DNA from: Candidatus Saccharimonadia bacterium
GTDB taxonomy: Bacteria; Patescibacteriota; Saccharimonadia; UBA4664; SCTI01
Length of the DNA stretch: 64,000 nucleotides
Assembly (NCBI GenBank): GCA_046597065.1
Contig: JBKJLI010000003.1
Coordinates: 221,151-285,150 of the forward strand
Direction: 5' to 3'
The translations under genes were made by a program, and so were the position numbers. Below, one piece after another: positions 55,822 through 64,000 of this stretch. The notes below the pieces were generated by a model that saw only the letters and a program-made list of their open reading frames with translations, had not been told where the DNA came from and ran no database searches. Position 1 is the first letter of the stretch; each line of letters begins with the position of its first letter.

Positions 55822-55853
55822 AAAAAGACGTCCTCATGTAGGGCGTCTTTTTG
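55822..55853 (+). terminator. terminator of 23S-5S unit
   Basis: AAAAGACGTCCT...AGGGCGTCTTTT. Confidence 0.8.
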
Positions 55854-55959
55854 TGTTTAAATTACGGTTTAATGAAAGATTAATTTACTCGAGAGGCATT
55901 TTAGGGTAACCTGGTGTGAAGGTGAGTGTACGTTTCCAATTCCCAGGGAGGTGGGCCGA

Positions 55960-56313
55960 GTGCCCGACGAAACTGACGTAACGGCCGCAACCTCCTTCAG
56001 CATCTGCGATCTGGAGGAAGGTGATGTGATCGAGGTCGAGACTCGAAACTCGATCTACAAGCTCAAGATCAAGTCCTGGCCAGCTCACTTCAACTACCCG
56101 CACCAGCGGCCTACCGAACTGATCGAGTCGGTCCGCGGTCTCAGGGTTGGTGAGAAGATCACCGTCTACGGCTCTACCAACGGAGCCCAAGACCGAGATA
56201 GGGGCGAGCTGATCCGGGGTCGCTTGCTCGAGCTGTTCCTGTCGGATCGTAGTACGGACCACATCACATCGACCATCATGCACGTCACCGTCAACGACGA
56301 GCTGATCTTCTAG
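55960..56313 (+). CDS. hypothetical beta-rich protein (paralog 1)
   Basis: SD GGAGG then GTG; aligns with next ORF. Confidence 0.65.
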   Translation: MPDETDVTAATSFSICDLEEGDVIEVETRNSIYKLKIKSWPAHFNYPHQRPTELIESVRGLRVGEKITVYGSTNGAQDRDRGELIRGRLLELFLSDRSTDHITSTIMHVTVNDELIF

Positions 56314-56342
56314 CCACCATCGACCCCTAGGGGGTGAGGCAA

Positions 56343-56693
56343 TTGCCCGACAAGACGGGAGTGGTACTGTTCCAGTTCAGCGAACTGAAGGTCGGGGATA
56401 CCGTCAGACTGGTCACTGAGCATTGTGGCTACACCCTGCGAATCGTCGATTCTCAGGTCCTCAGCGGCGTCATCCAGTACGACGTCGAAGAGGATGACCG
56501 CAGGTCATCGATGTTGGTGCAGGGCCAGCAGGTCATTCTGGTTGGCTCCAGGCAACATCGGGAGTTGGGCCACCAGCTTCAGCAACAGTTCACTGAGGGG
56601 TGGAGACTGGTTCTGGTCATCGATCCGGATACTGGTGCTCAGTGGAGTATCCGGGTCCAGCACCTCAGTATCAACGGTGAGCAAATCTTCTAG
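56343..56693 (+). CDS. hypothetical beta-rich protein (paralog 2)
   Basis: PDKT..F.FSELKVGD.V.L.T....Y.L.I ... INGEQIF matches paralog 1. Confidence 0.65.
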   Translation: MPDKTGVVLFQFSELKVGDTVRLVTEHCGYTLRIVDSQVLSGVIQYDVEEDDRRSSMLVQGQQVILVGSRQHRELGHQLQQQFTEGWRLVLVIDPDTGAQWSIRVQHLSINGEQIF

Positions 56694-56722
56694 GGGGCGC
56701 GTTGCTAGTACAGCGACGCGCC

Positions 56723-57223
56723 TCAGAAAGTCTTTATTAAAAGTTGGTAGGCGGCGATGCCGGTGGCTACGGCCACGTTTAATGATTCCTTTTGCCCGCG
56801 TTGGGGGATATTTAGCACGGCGTCACAAGCTATTAAAGTGTCAGCATTTAGGCCATTAACCTCGCTACCAACCACTAAAGCGGCCGGTAGGCTGGGCCGA
56901 AAAGTCAGTACACTAAGAGCCTTGGGCGTAATTTCGAGTCCATAAACTGCGCGACCTTCTGCCCGGCATGCGGCAATGGCGACGGCCGAGTTAGCGTAGT
57001 GTTCGGTCTGAACCGTAAGTTCTGCGCCCAGCGCGGTCTTGGCAATCGAGCGATGATTACTACCGCTCACCAACGGATCACGGGAGTCGTTATTGGCCCG
57101 TGGGTATGGTGTGATGCCGCAGCATAGCACCCGCCCAATACCGGCCGCATCGGCAGTGCGCAGTATCGAACCAACGTTGCTGGCACTGCGCAAATTATCC
57201 AAAATGAGAACTAGCTGAGTCAT
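56723..57223 (-). CDS. TrmH/SpoU family RNA methyltransferase
   Basis: NLRSASNVGSILRTADA, GSEVNGL, IPQRGQKESLNVAVA. Confidence 0.9.
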   Translation of the reverse strand: MTQLVLILDNLRSASNVGSILRTADAAGIGRVLCCGITPYPRANNDSRDPLVSGSNHRSIAKTALGAELTVQTEHYANSAVAIAACRAEGRAVYGLEITPKALSVLTFRPSLPAALVVGSEVNGLNADTLIACDAVLNIPQRGQKESLNVAVATGIAAYQLLIKTF

Positions 57224-57292
57224 ATCTGTGCTCAATTATAGAGCAATGAAATGCTCATTAAAAACCGGATACAAAATATGTGCAAAACCTTG

Positions 57293-57321
57293 TTGACAGC
57301 ATAAGCATATTGTGCTAGTAT
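57293..57321 (+). promoter_or_regulatory. sigma70 promoter of KGG protein gene
   Basis: TTGACA-17-TAGTAT. Confidence 0.75.
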
Positions 57322-57454
57322 ATTAATTATCGAAATCGCTTACGGTAAATGTCCCAAAACATTGTAAGTGGTCCTCAAGGGCCTTTGGCGATATAGCTAA
57401 AGCGGTTCGGTGTCAAAGGGTGACACAATATAAAGCATTAACGGAGAATTAATT

Positions 57455-57661
57455 ATGCCAGGAACTCGCTTAGGTGGTATGAAAGCCGCCTCAACCAACA
57501 AACAGCGTTACGGCATTGGTTTTTACGTTTCGATCGGTAAGATGGGTGGCAAAGTCAGCCGCGGTGGTGGCTTCGCTAAGAACCCAGAACTTGCTCGTAT
57601 CGCGGGTAAAAAGGGCGGGCAGGCTTCACGCCGCCGCAAAGCCAGTGACAGCGTTAGCTAA
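57455..57661 (+). CDS. KGG-motif (stress-induced) small basic protein
   Basis: IGKMGG, 'NPELARIAGKKGGQASRR'; SD GGAG. Confidence 0.8.
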   Translation: MPGTRLGGMKAASTNKQRYGIGFYVSIGKMGGKVSRGGGFAKNPELARIAGKKGGQASRRRKASDSVS

Positions 57662-57676
57662 GCTTTGCTTAGCAAT

Positions 57677-57708
57677 CTAAAAAACCACCTGAAAGGGCGG
57701 TTTTTTAG
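57677..57708. terminator. bidirectional terminator
   Basis: CTAAAAAACCACC...GGGCGGTTTTTTAG. Confidence 0.75.
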
Positions 57709-57727
57709 TGTGAAATAATCATTGCTA

Positions 57728-58276
57728 CTAATTGGAAGCGGGCGTTGTATTTGGAGCCTTTTCAAGATCGTCTGCCCGCTCGGCAAACTGGGCCATTACA
57801 AACACCGGATGCTCGTAGCGGTGGGTGATACGTCGTGTAACTCGACGGTCTTTGCGCCAGTTAACCTGCCAAACCGCGCCACAGCCAAAGCAAGAGTATT
57901 CGTCGCGGGCGCGCTGCAAGCTAAAGTTGGTGCAATCTGGGCAGGTTGCTCGCTTGGTCATCCAGTGATCGTAACTATCGATGCATTCGGCAATATAGTT
58001 TTCATCAACCGCAATGCCGTAGCTAGCCGCTAGTTTGCGGGTCATTTCCCAGGCGTCCATCTCCATTTTGACTAGCTCGGCATCAAACTGATAAATCCGG
58101 TGCTCGAGTAATGCGTGGCCGATTTCATGAACCAAAGCCAGGCGACCGTCATTACTACCATTACGGTCGACGTCGTAGGTTATTGAGGTTGTGTTGGGCG
58201 ACCACATAAAAAATCTTCCTGCGATAAACTCAAATTGCGGAAAATCTTTGATGATGTCTTCCAAGCAGCCCTCCAC
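57728..58276 (-). CDS. HExxH metallopeptidase-like protein with C-terminal zinc ribbon
   Basis: HEIGH...E.DAW (ImmA/IrrE-like), CPDC...CFGC. Confidence 0.75.
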   Translation of the reverse strand: MEGCLEDIIKDFPQFEFIAGRFFMWSPNTTSITYDVDRNGSNDGRLALVHEIGHALLEHRIYQFDAELVKMEMDAWEMTRKLAASYGIAVDENYIAECIDSYDHWMTKRATCPDCTNFSLQRARDEYSCFGCGAVWQVNWRKDRRVTRRITHRYEHPVFVMAQFAERADDLEKAPNTTPASN

Positions 58277-58346
58277 CCTTATTGAATCAAACTATACGCC
58301 CGCAATTACGCCGCCACAAGCATAAGTACTATACCAAGAGGGGCAT

Positions 58347-59168
58347 TTAATGTTTAAGGCGGCTGGCCAATATCAGGGTGCCGTATGCAACGGCGGTTTC
58401 CATGTTTTTGGCGGGCACAATCGGCGGTGTGGGGTAGTAGGGTTTCAGCTCACTGATATGCTTGTTTAGCGCAGTATGGAAGCGTTTATAGTGAACTCCA
58501 ACGCCGCCACCAATCACCACAATCTCGGGTGAAAACACGCTGATTAAGTCGTATAGACCGACTGCCAAATCCTTGGCGTACTTATCCCAAGTTGCGGCAT
58601 CTTTTATTTGATAGCCAAACCTATGAAAACGGCGTTTTAAGGCGCGGCCACTAGCTGCGTGTTCGAACTCTTCGTTGCGGCCCTCTGCCGAAATGTAGAT
58701 ATGGCCGCCCTCTGGATCGTGAGCTCCATGATAGATTTGGCCGTCGATTACCATGCCGGTGCCAACCCCAGTGGAAACCGTAACGTACAGAACATAGCGT
58801 TTGCCCTTGGCCGAGCCGACCACCGCTTCGGAAAGCGCCGCAGCATCGGCATCCTTTTCTAGCCCGACCGGAACTCTAAAATGATTTTTTAATTTCAGCA
58901 CAATATTCACCGGCATCCAAGTCATATTGGGGGTTTTTAAAATACGCCCACCCTCACGATCGATCGGTCCTGGCGAGGCTACGAAAATCGCCTTTATCTT
59001 ATCTTCACCTGCAAGCTGCTCTATTAAGTGAATGATTTCGATGATTGCTTGATTGGAGGTTTCGGGAGTTTTAATTTTAAGACTACGCAAAATTTGGTAG
59101 CGATCGTTGCCGGCCACCACTAGAATTTTCGATCCACCAATATCGACACCAATATACATTGAGTTCAT
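58347..59168 (-). CDS. ROK family sugar kinase
   Basis: GVDIGGSKI, SPGPID, STGVGTG, EGGH, IGGGV. Confidence 0.9.
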   Translation of the reverse strand: MNSMYIGVDIGGSKILVVAGNDRYQILRSLKIKTPETSNQAIIEIIHLIEQLAGEDKIKAIFVASPGPIDREGGRILKTPNMTWMPVNIVLKLKNHFRVPVGLEKDADAAALSEAVVGSAKGKRYVLYVTVSTGVGTGMVIDGQIYHGAHDPEGGHIYISAEGRNEEFEHAASGRALKRRFHRFGYQIKDAATWDKYAKDLAVGLYDLISVFSPEIVVIGGGVGVHYKRFHTALNKHISELKPYYPTPPIVPAKNMETAVAYGTLILASRLKH

Positions 59169-59222
59169 TATATCGTGATCTAGCTTAAGCTTAAAACTAA
59201 ATAATTGTTAAGGTTTAACGCG

Positions 59223-59251
59223 TTGACAATTAGTACTGGTTATGTTACTAT
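59223..59251 (+). promoter_or_regulatory. sigma70 promoter of hairpin sRNA
   Basis: TTGACA-17-TACTAT with extended TG. Confidence 0.8.
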
Positions 59252-59257
59252 CTCGAA

Positions 59258-59369
59258 TCATCCCTCTAGTAGGTTCGGATGGGGTCCCAGTGTTAGTGAT
59301 ATATGAGTGCTCACCTCCTTGTATTTCACGACACATCTGGGGCCCCATCTGAATTTGTTAGGGGTTTTT
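59258..59369 (+). ncRNA. rod-like hairpin sRNA candidate with anti-SD loop
   Basis: 28 contiguous pairs (7 G-U) 59263-59290/59337-59364, upper stem, loop region TCACCTCCTT (59311-59320), U-tract end. Confidence 0.7.
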
Positions 59370-59482
59370 AGTGCATAAACACCGCTAACACTTAAACAGA
59401 GGTTTTGGGCTTGCCACAGCCAGCAAACTACGGCATACTGTCGCCAACGAGGTGCATACAAGTAATTATAAGTGGGGTAGGT

Positions 59483-59971
59483 ATGCGTAGAGATTTAGTT
59501 ACAACTATTGGTGGTTTTATCCTGATCGGTTTGATCGTGGTAGCCACCTTTTTATATGGTAATCAGCAGCGCCAGGATCAGTTGCGGCAAGATCAAGAAG
59601 CCAAGCGCAAAACCGAGCAAACTCAACCCGGCAGTCAGTCTGCCAATTCCTCACCAACTTCCACCAGTCCACAAGCCTCAACCAGCGATAGCGTTGGTCA
59701 ATCTAGTGCCAAGGGAACTCAACCCGTGAAACCTCCGGCCGCGGCACCATCGTTGCAGGATAGTCAAACAGCTACGGCCAAACCCGGTGCAACCAATGCA
59801 AACATCAGTCCCAAAACTACTCCCGTTACCGGACCAGCTGCACTTCCTGCCGAGACTCCCAAAACTGGAGGTGAAATTGGCTATCTATTCGCAGTCTTAC
59901 TAATGGGCTGGTTGGTGCGCGAGCAGATCCGTTCGCGTTCGCAGCTGCTTAACGCACGCCGCGCAGTTTAG
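59483..59971 (+). CDS. membrane/surface protein with S/T/P/Q-rich linker and TPKTG C-terminal anchor
   Basis: N-terminal TM, low-complexity middle, ETPKTGG + TM + basic tail; own promoter TTGCCA-17-CATACT. Confidence 0.7.
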   Translation: MRRDLVTTIGGFILIGLIVVATFLYGNQQRQDQLRQDQEAKRKTEQTQPGSQSANSSPTSTSPQASTSDSVGQSSAKGTQPVKPPAAAPSLQDSQTATAKPGATNANISPKTTPVTGPAALPAETPKTGGEIGYLFAVLLMGWLVREQIRSRSQLLNARRAV

Positions 59972-60098
59972 CTGGGCTCGGCCCATCTGCCAAAACCTTT
60001 ACGCCAGATTAGAAATCAGATACAATTGTAGTTAATCACTCACTAGAACCCGGCTTAGACCGGCAAGGCGAGTGAAATCTTTTTTGAGGAGGCTTAAG

Positions 60099-61337
60099 TT
60101 GCCAACTAAAACTAAATTAACTATGGAAGAGTTACTGGCCGACAACCAAGTATCCGGCATGAATGCCGGCGATGTGGTAGAAGGTACGGTAATTGCTGCC
60201 GACAAGCATGAAATTTGGCTAGACCTGGGTGCCAGAGGTACTGGTTTGGTTATTGGTCGCGAGATTGAACACGCCCAGGATATTAATCCGGGAGACACTA
60301 TTAGCGCCGGAGTGCTAGAAGCCGAAAGCGATGACGGCCACGCCATTTTGAGCTTAAAGAAAGTGGCTAAAGAAAAGGGCTGGGAGGCCCTGCAAGAGCG
60401 CCACACTAGTGGGGAGGTCTTTAGTTTGACCGCCTATGATGCCAACAAGGGTGGTCTGCTGATAGAAGTAGATGGCATCCGTGGATTCTTACCGGTATCG
60501 CAACTTAGCGCCGAAAACTATCCCCGCGTATCGGGTGCCGATAAGGATGAGATATTGCATCGTCTGACCTCGCTGATTGGCAAGCCGCTAAATGTTCGCG
60601 TTCTCGACATCGACCGACGCGATAACAAGCTGATCGTATCCGAAAAGGCCGCCCGCCGCGAAGACACCGAAAGCAAGGTGGCTCAACTTAAAGTTGGCCA
60701 GACAGTTAAGGGTGTAGCTACCGGTGTTGTCGACTTCGGTATCTTTGTAAACGTCGATGGTATCGAAGGCTTGGTCCACATTTCGGAAATCGCCTGGGAT
60801 CGCGTAGACAGCCCCAGTAAGTATGTAAAGGTTGGCCAAGAGGTGGAAGCTAAGATTATCGCCATTGACCGCGACAAGCTTAGTTTAAGCATCAAGCAGC
60901 TGTTATCGGACCCCTGGCAGGGCGAGGTCAAGGGTCTTAAAGTCGGCTCCGAAGTCGAAGGAACAATAACTCGTATTACACCATTTGGTGCCTTTGTACA
61001 GGTTACTCCGGTAGTAGAGGCGCTAGTGCACATTTCTGAGCTCAGTAACGATCACGTTGATGACCCTACCAAGCTGGTTAAGTTAGGTGAAAAGAAGAAG
61101 TTTCGCATCATCGCTATTGATGCCGATGCTCACAAACTCAGCCTGAGCCTAAAGCCTGAAGGCAAGGGCGACCAGCCAGCCAAGGCTGCCAAAGCCGAAA
61201 AGTCAGAGGCCGTCAAAGAAACCGAAAAGCCCGCTAAAGCCGATAAGCCGGCAGCTAAAGCCAAGCCGGCCAAAGCCGCCAAGGCTGATGCAGCTGCAGA
61301 ACTCGATGAAGCAACAGCTGAGCCTTCGGAATCCTAA
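60099..61337 (+). CDS. rpsA: 30S ribosomal protein S1 (4 S1 domains, AK-rich tail)
   Basis: GFLPVSQL, DFGIFV..EGLVHISE, PFGAFV; SD GAGGAGG then TTG 60099. Confidence 0.9.
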   Translation: MPTKTKLTMEELLADNQVSGMNAGDVVEGTVIAADKHEIWLDLGARGTGLVIGREIEHAQDINPGDTISAGVLEAESDDGHAILSLKKVAKEKGWEALQERHTSGEVFSLTAYDANKGGLLIEVDGIRGFLPVSQLSAENYPRVSGADKDEILHRLTSLIGKPLNVRVLDIDRRDNKLIVSEKAARREDTESKVAQLKVGQTVKGVATGVVDFGIFVNVDGIEGLVHISEIAWDRVDSPSKYVKVGQEVEAKIIAIDRDKLSLSIKQLLSDPWQGEVKGLKVGSEVEGTITRITPFGAFVQVTPVVEALVHISELSNDHVDDPTKLVKLGEKKKFRIIAIDADAHKLSLSLKPEGKGDQPAKAAKAEKSEAVKETEKPAKADKPAAKAKPAKAAKADAAAELDEATAEPSES

Positions 61338-61368
61338 GACGCCACATTAAAACTTAACCGAGGTATTC

Positions 61369-63144
61369 ATGGCTGAAGAAACAGCTACTGCTCCCGCCAA
61401 GATTGAAGTTGCTCCAGTTGTTGGAGTGGGGGAGCTTGCCGGCAAATTAGAGCTTCCGGTTACCAAAGTTATTGGCGAGTTAATGAAAAATGGTGTCATG
61501 GCAACCATAAATGAGCAGATCGATTTCGATACTGCCGCTATTATTGCAACTGATTTAGGGTTTGAGTTGATCCCCGAGGTCGCACCAGTCACAACCGGGC
61601 CTATTAAAGCTGCGCCACTGGCTAAGGGCGAGGGCGAGGCCAGGCCTCCAATCGTCGCCGTCATGGGACATGTTGATCATGGCAAAACCTCACTACTAGA
61701 TGCTATCCGAAAAACTAATGTGGTCGCCGGCGAGTCCGGTGGTATCACCCAACATATTGGCGCCTACCAACTTAAGCATGGTGAACGCTGGATCACATTC
61801 TTAGACACACCAGGCCACGAGGCCTTTTCGACCATTCGAGCTCATGGTGCTCGCTTAACCGATGTTGCCATTATCGTGGTGGCGGCCGATGACGGTGTAA
61901 AGCCTCAAACCAAAGAAGCCATCCGCCATGCTCGCGAAGCTGGAGTGCAGATGGTGATCGCAATCAACAAAGTCGATAAGGAGGGCGCCGATTCTAACCG
62001 AGTGCGCCAAGAACTCAGCGAATTAGAGCTGGTGCCAGAAGAGTGGGGCGGTAAAACCGTCATGGTCGATGTATCGGCAAAGTCTGGTCAGAATATCGAA
62101 AAACTGCTCGACATGGTACTGCTGGTTGCCGACATCGAAGAGTTACGCGCCCGCCCGGCCGGACCGGCTGAGGGCGTGGTGGTGGAATCTCACATGGAGA
62201 CCGGTAAGGGCCCGGTTGGTACCGTTTTGGTGCAGCACGGCGTTTTGCGTAGTGGCGACTACATTGTGGCCGGCAGTACTTACGCCAAAGTGCGCAGCTT
62301 AGATGACTTTCGCGGTAAGCGGCTTAAAGAAGCTCACCCTGGTATGCCGGCAGTTGCTAGTGGCTTTAAAAATGTGCCAGATTTTGGCGATGTATTTTAC
62401 GCCGTGGCCGATGAAAAAACTGCCCGCGAACGCTCGGTTGGTGCCCAACGCCAAACTTCGATTAAAAGCATGGTAAAAGTTAAAAAAATCGATGCTAGTG
62501 ATCTTGCCGATGCTATTACCGCCGGTAAAGTCAGTGAACTTAATCTGGTGGTTAAGGCCGATGTACAGGGTTCGTTAGAATCGCTGCAATCAAGCCTTGA
62601 TGATTTACGTAACGAAGAGGTAGCGGTAAGGGTAGTCTCTAGCGGAATCGGTGACATTAGTGAAACCGACGTTAACTTTGCTAAAACTGCTGGCGCGTTG
62701 CTTATCGGTTTCAACGTTTCATTAAGTTCAGCGGTAAAACAGCTATCAAATCGTGAACGCGTGCAAATACGTCTTTATAAAGTAATTTACGAGTTGCTTG
62801 ACGACATGCGTCAGGCTCTAAGCCAAATGTTGGCTCCCGAAATTATAGAGGTACCGGTTGGTGAGTTAAAAATCTTGGGCGTTTTTAAAACCACCAAAAC
62901 CAAGGTAATCTGCGGCGGTGAGGTACTCGATGGTAAGGTTGAGCCCGGTGTTGAAATGCGAGTACTGCGCGACAAAGTTGGTATCGGCGGCGGTAAGGTT
63001 GAGCGAGTCCAAAAAGATCAAAACCAGGTTAAAGAAGCCGTCGCCGGTGAGCAGTGTGGCCTAGAAGTGACTTTTAATAGCGCTATAGAAATTGGTGATC
63101 GATTAGAGTTTTTCCGCACCGAAAGTCGCGAACGGACGCTGTAA
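61369..63144 (+). CDS. infB: translation initiation factor IF-2 (short N-terminus)
   Basis: RPPIVAVMGHVDHGKT, GGITQHIGAY, DTPGHEAF, KADVQGS. Confidence 0.96.
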   Translation: MAEETATAPAKIEVAPVVGVGELAGKLELPVTKVIGELMKNGVMATINEQIDFDTAAIIATDLGFELIPEVAPVTTGPIKAAPLAKGEGEARPPIVAVMGHVDHGKTSLLDAIRKTNVVAGESGGITQHIGAYQLKHGERWITFLDTPGHEAFSTIRAHGARLTDVAIIVVAADDGVKPQTKEAIRHAREAGVQMVIAINKVDKEGADSNRVRQELSELELVPEEWGGKTVMVDVSAKSGQNIEKLLDMVLLVADIEELRARPAGPAEGVVVESHMETGKGPVGTVLVQHGVLRSGDYIVAGSTYAKVRSLDDFRGKRLKEAHPGMPAVASGFKNVPDFGDVFYAVADEKTARERSVGAQRQTSIKSMVKVKKIDASDLADAITAGKVSELNLVVKADVQGSLESLQSSLDDLRNEEVAVRVVSSGIGDISETDVNFAKTAGALLIGFNVSLSSAVKQLSNRERVQIRLYKVIYELLDDMRQALSQMLAPEIIEVPVGELKILGVFKTTKTKVICGGEVLDGKVEPGVEMRVLRDKVGIGGGKVERVQKDQNQVKEAVAGEQCGLEVTFNSAIEIGDRLEFFRTESRERTL

Positions 63145-63166
63145 TTAACCCAACGGTTTAAGCATT

Positions 63167-63496
63167 ATGTCGACACAACGCACCAAAAAAGTCGCCAGCC
63201 TGATTCATCAAACCATTGCCATTGAGTTAGCCAGCTTAATGAACACCCCTAAAGTTACTATTAATGCCGTTGACGTATCGCCCGACCTTCGCAATGCCAC
63301 CGCTTGGCTCGGTATAATTTCTAAAGACGCTGCCGAAAAGGCTAAGTTACTGGCCACTGCTCAATATCATCGCGACGCGATGCAGCGTGCGATCGCCTCG
63401 CGCTTGGCCACCAAGTTTATCCCACGCTTGCAACTAAAACTAGACGCCGGCGCCGACCATGCCGACCGCATCAACCATATCCTTCACAATAGCTAG
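63167..63496 (+). CDS. rbfA: ribosome-binding factor A
   Basis: Follows infB; 'VDVSPDLRNA', 'PRLQLKLD'. Confidence 0.88.
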   Translation: MSTQRTKKVASLIHQTIAIELASLMNTPKVTINAVDVSPDLRNATAWLGIISKDAAEKAKLLATAQYHRDAMQRAIASRLATKFIPRLQLKLDAGADHADRINHILHNS

Positions 63497-63503
63497 AAAA
63501 CCA

Positions 63504-63532
63504 TTGACGAAAGCCTAGTATTATGATATAAA
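63504..63532 (+). promoter_or_regulatory. sigma70 promoter
   Basis: TTGACG-17-TATAAA with extended TG. Confidence 0.7.
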
Positions 63533-63638
63533 TATTAATTCTCATGTTTTTCGTGAGATTTGTTTTTTCACATCATCATATACGTTCAGGGGTGTTAGAA
63601 ATCTTTCCCCCTAACCACTACTACCGAAAGGCAACGTC

Positions 63639-64000
63639 ATGAGTGACGACGCAACCGATGAGGCGGCAAAGGCCGCAGCTGGCGCACCCGAGCGCGCTCC
63701 CGGCGATGCCCCCGAGGCACCGCCGGAAGTCGTTCTCCCCGAGCAGAAGGCTGAGGTAATCGATCCCGATGACGCTGCTGAGCTCGAGAGGAAGATGTCC
63801 GCGAAGCTGCTGAAGGCTGAGGCGAAGCGCGTCCAGAAGGCCAGGCAGGCCAAGTTCGACAAGATGTGTCGTGCTGCCTACCTGGCAGCGGTCGGCAAGG
63901 CCTTCCCGGCGAAGCTCAAGGACGCAGGTCTGCTGGAGCTTCGTGAGTTCAACCGCATCGCGGCGGAACTTCGCGCGGCCGAGAAGGCTGCTCCCGATCG
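63639..64000 (+). CDS. GC-rich hypothetical protein (3' truncated)
   Basis: Open frame from ATG 63639 (MSDDATDEAAKAAAG...) to window end; strongly GC3-biased. Confidence 0.65.
   Translation, partial: MSDDATDEAAKAAAGAPERAPGDAPEAPPEVVLPEQKAEVIDPDDAAELERKMSAKLLKAEAKRVQKARQAKFDKMCRAAYLAAVGKAFPAKLKDAGLLELREFNRIAAELRAAEKAAPD

Noticed and set aside
59258-59369. SRP (4.5S) or 6S RNA identity
   Set aside because: Lacks the SRP helix-8 CAGG/GNRA/AGCA motif and the 6S central bubble and length.
59405-59482. Upstream extension of ORF 59405
   Set aside because: Overlaps the promoter TTGCCA-17-CATACT; ATG 59483 is the more plausible start.
60042-60057. ACTAGAACCCGGCTTA resembling the RNase P 3' end
   Set aside because: No upstream GAGGAAAGTCC; upstream is a CDS; it fits the rpsA leader hairpin.

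Overview
Chromosomal segment of a small-genome Patescibacteria (CPR) bacterium, most likely Saccharimonadia-like judging from the 16S sequence and CPR-typical genes; it uses standard code 11. It carries housekeeping genes (galE, smpB, argS, trpS, pheST, gyrBA, rmuC, rpsA, infB, rbfA), envelope and surface genes (two GT4s, LCP, L,D-transpeptidase, PilB/GspE ATPase, VirD4/HerA-like ATPase, Pro-rich surface proteins), tmRNA and three tRNAs. The rRNA operon is split: 16S and 23S-5S have separate promoters, and the Ile/Ala tRNAs between them are inverted and sit beside a MazEF module and a mini-operon of small proteins. The most unusual signal is a set of ORF-poor units bounded by a sigma70 promoter and a terminator that look like unannotated RNA genes. 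These are a ~630-nt densely paired RNA (487-1115) carrying a 13-codon CxxC peptide, a ~415-nt multi-hairpin RNA (26911-27327), a ~110-nt rod-like hairpin displaying the exact anti-Shine-Dalgarno sequence of this organism's 16S rRNA (59258-59369), and an ~87-nt A/C-rich sRNA (17184-17270). Many core genes appear leaderless, while small accessory ORFs have strong SD sites. All calls come from reading motifs and base-pairing by eye; no database searches or folding programs were run.
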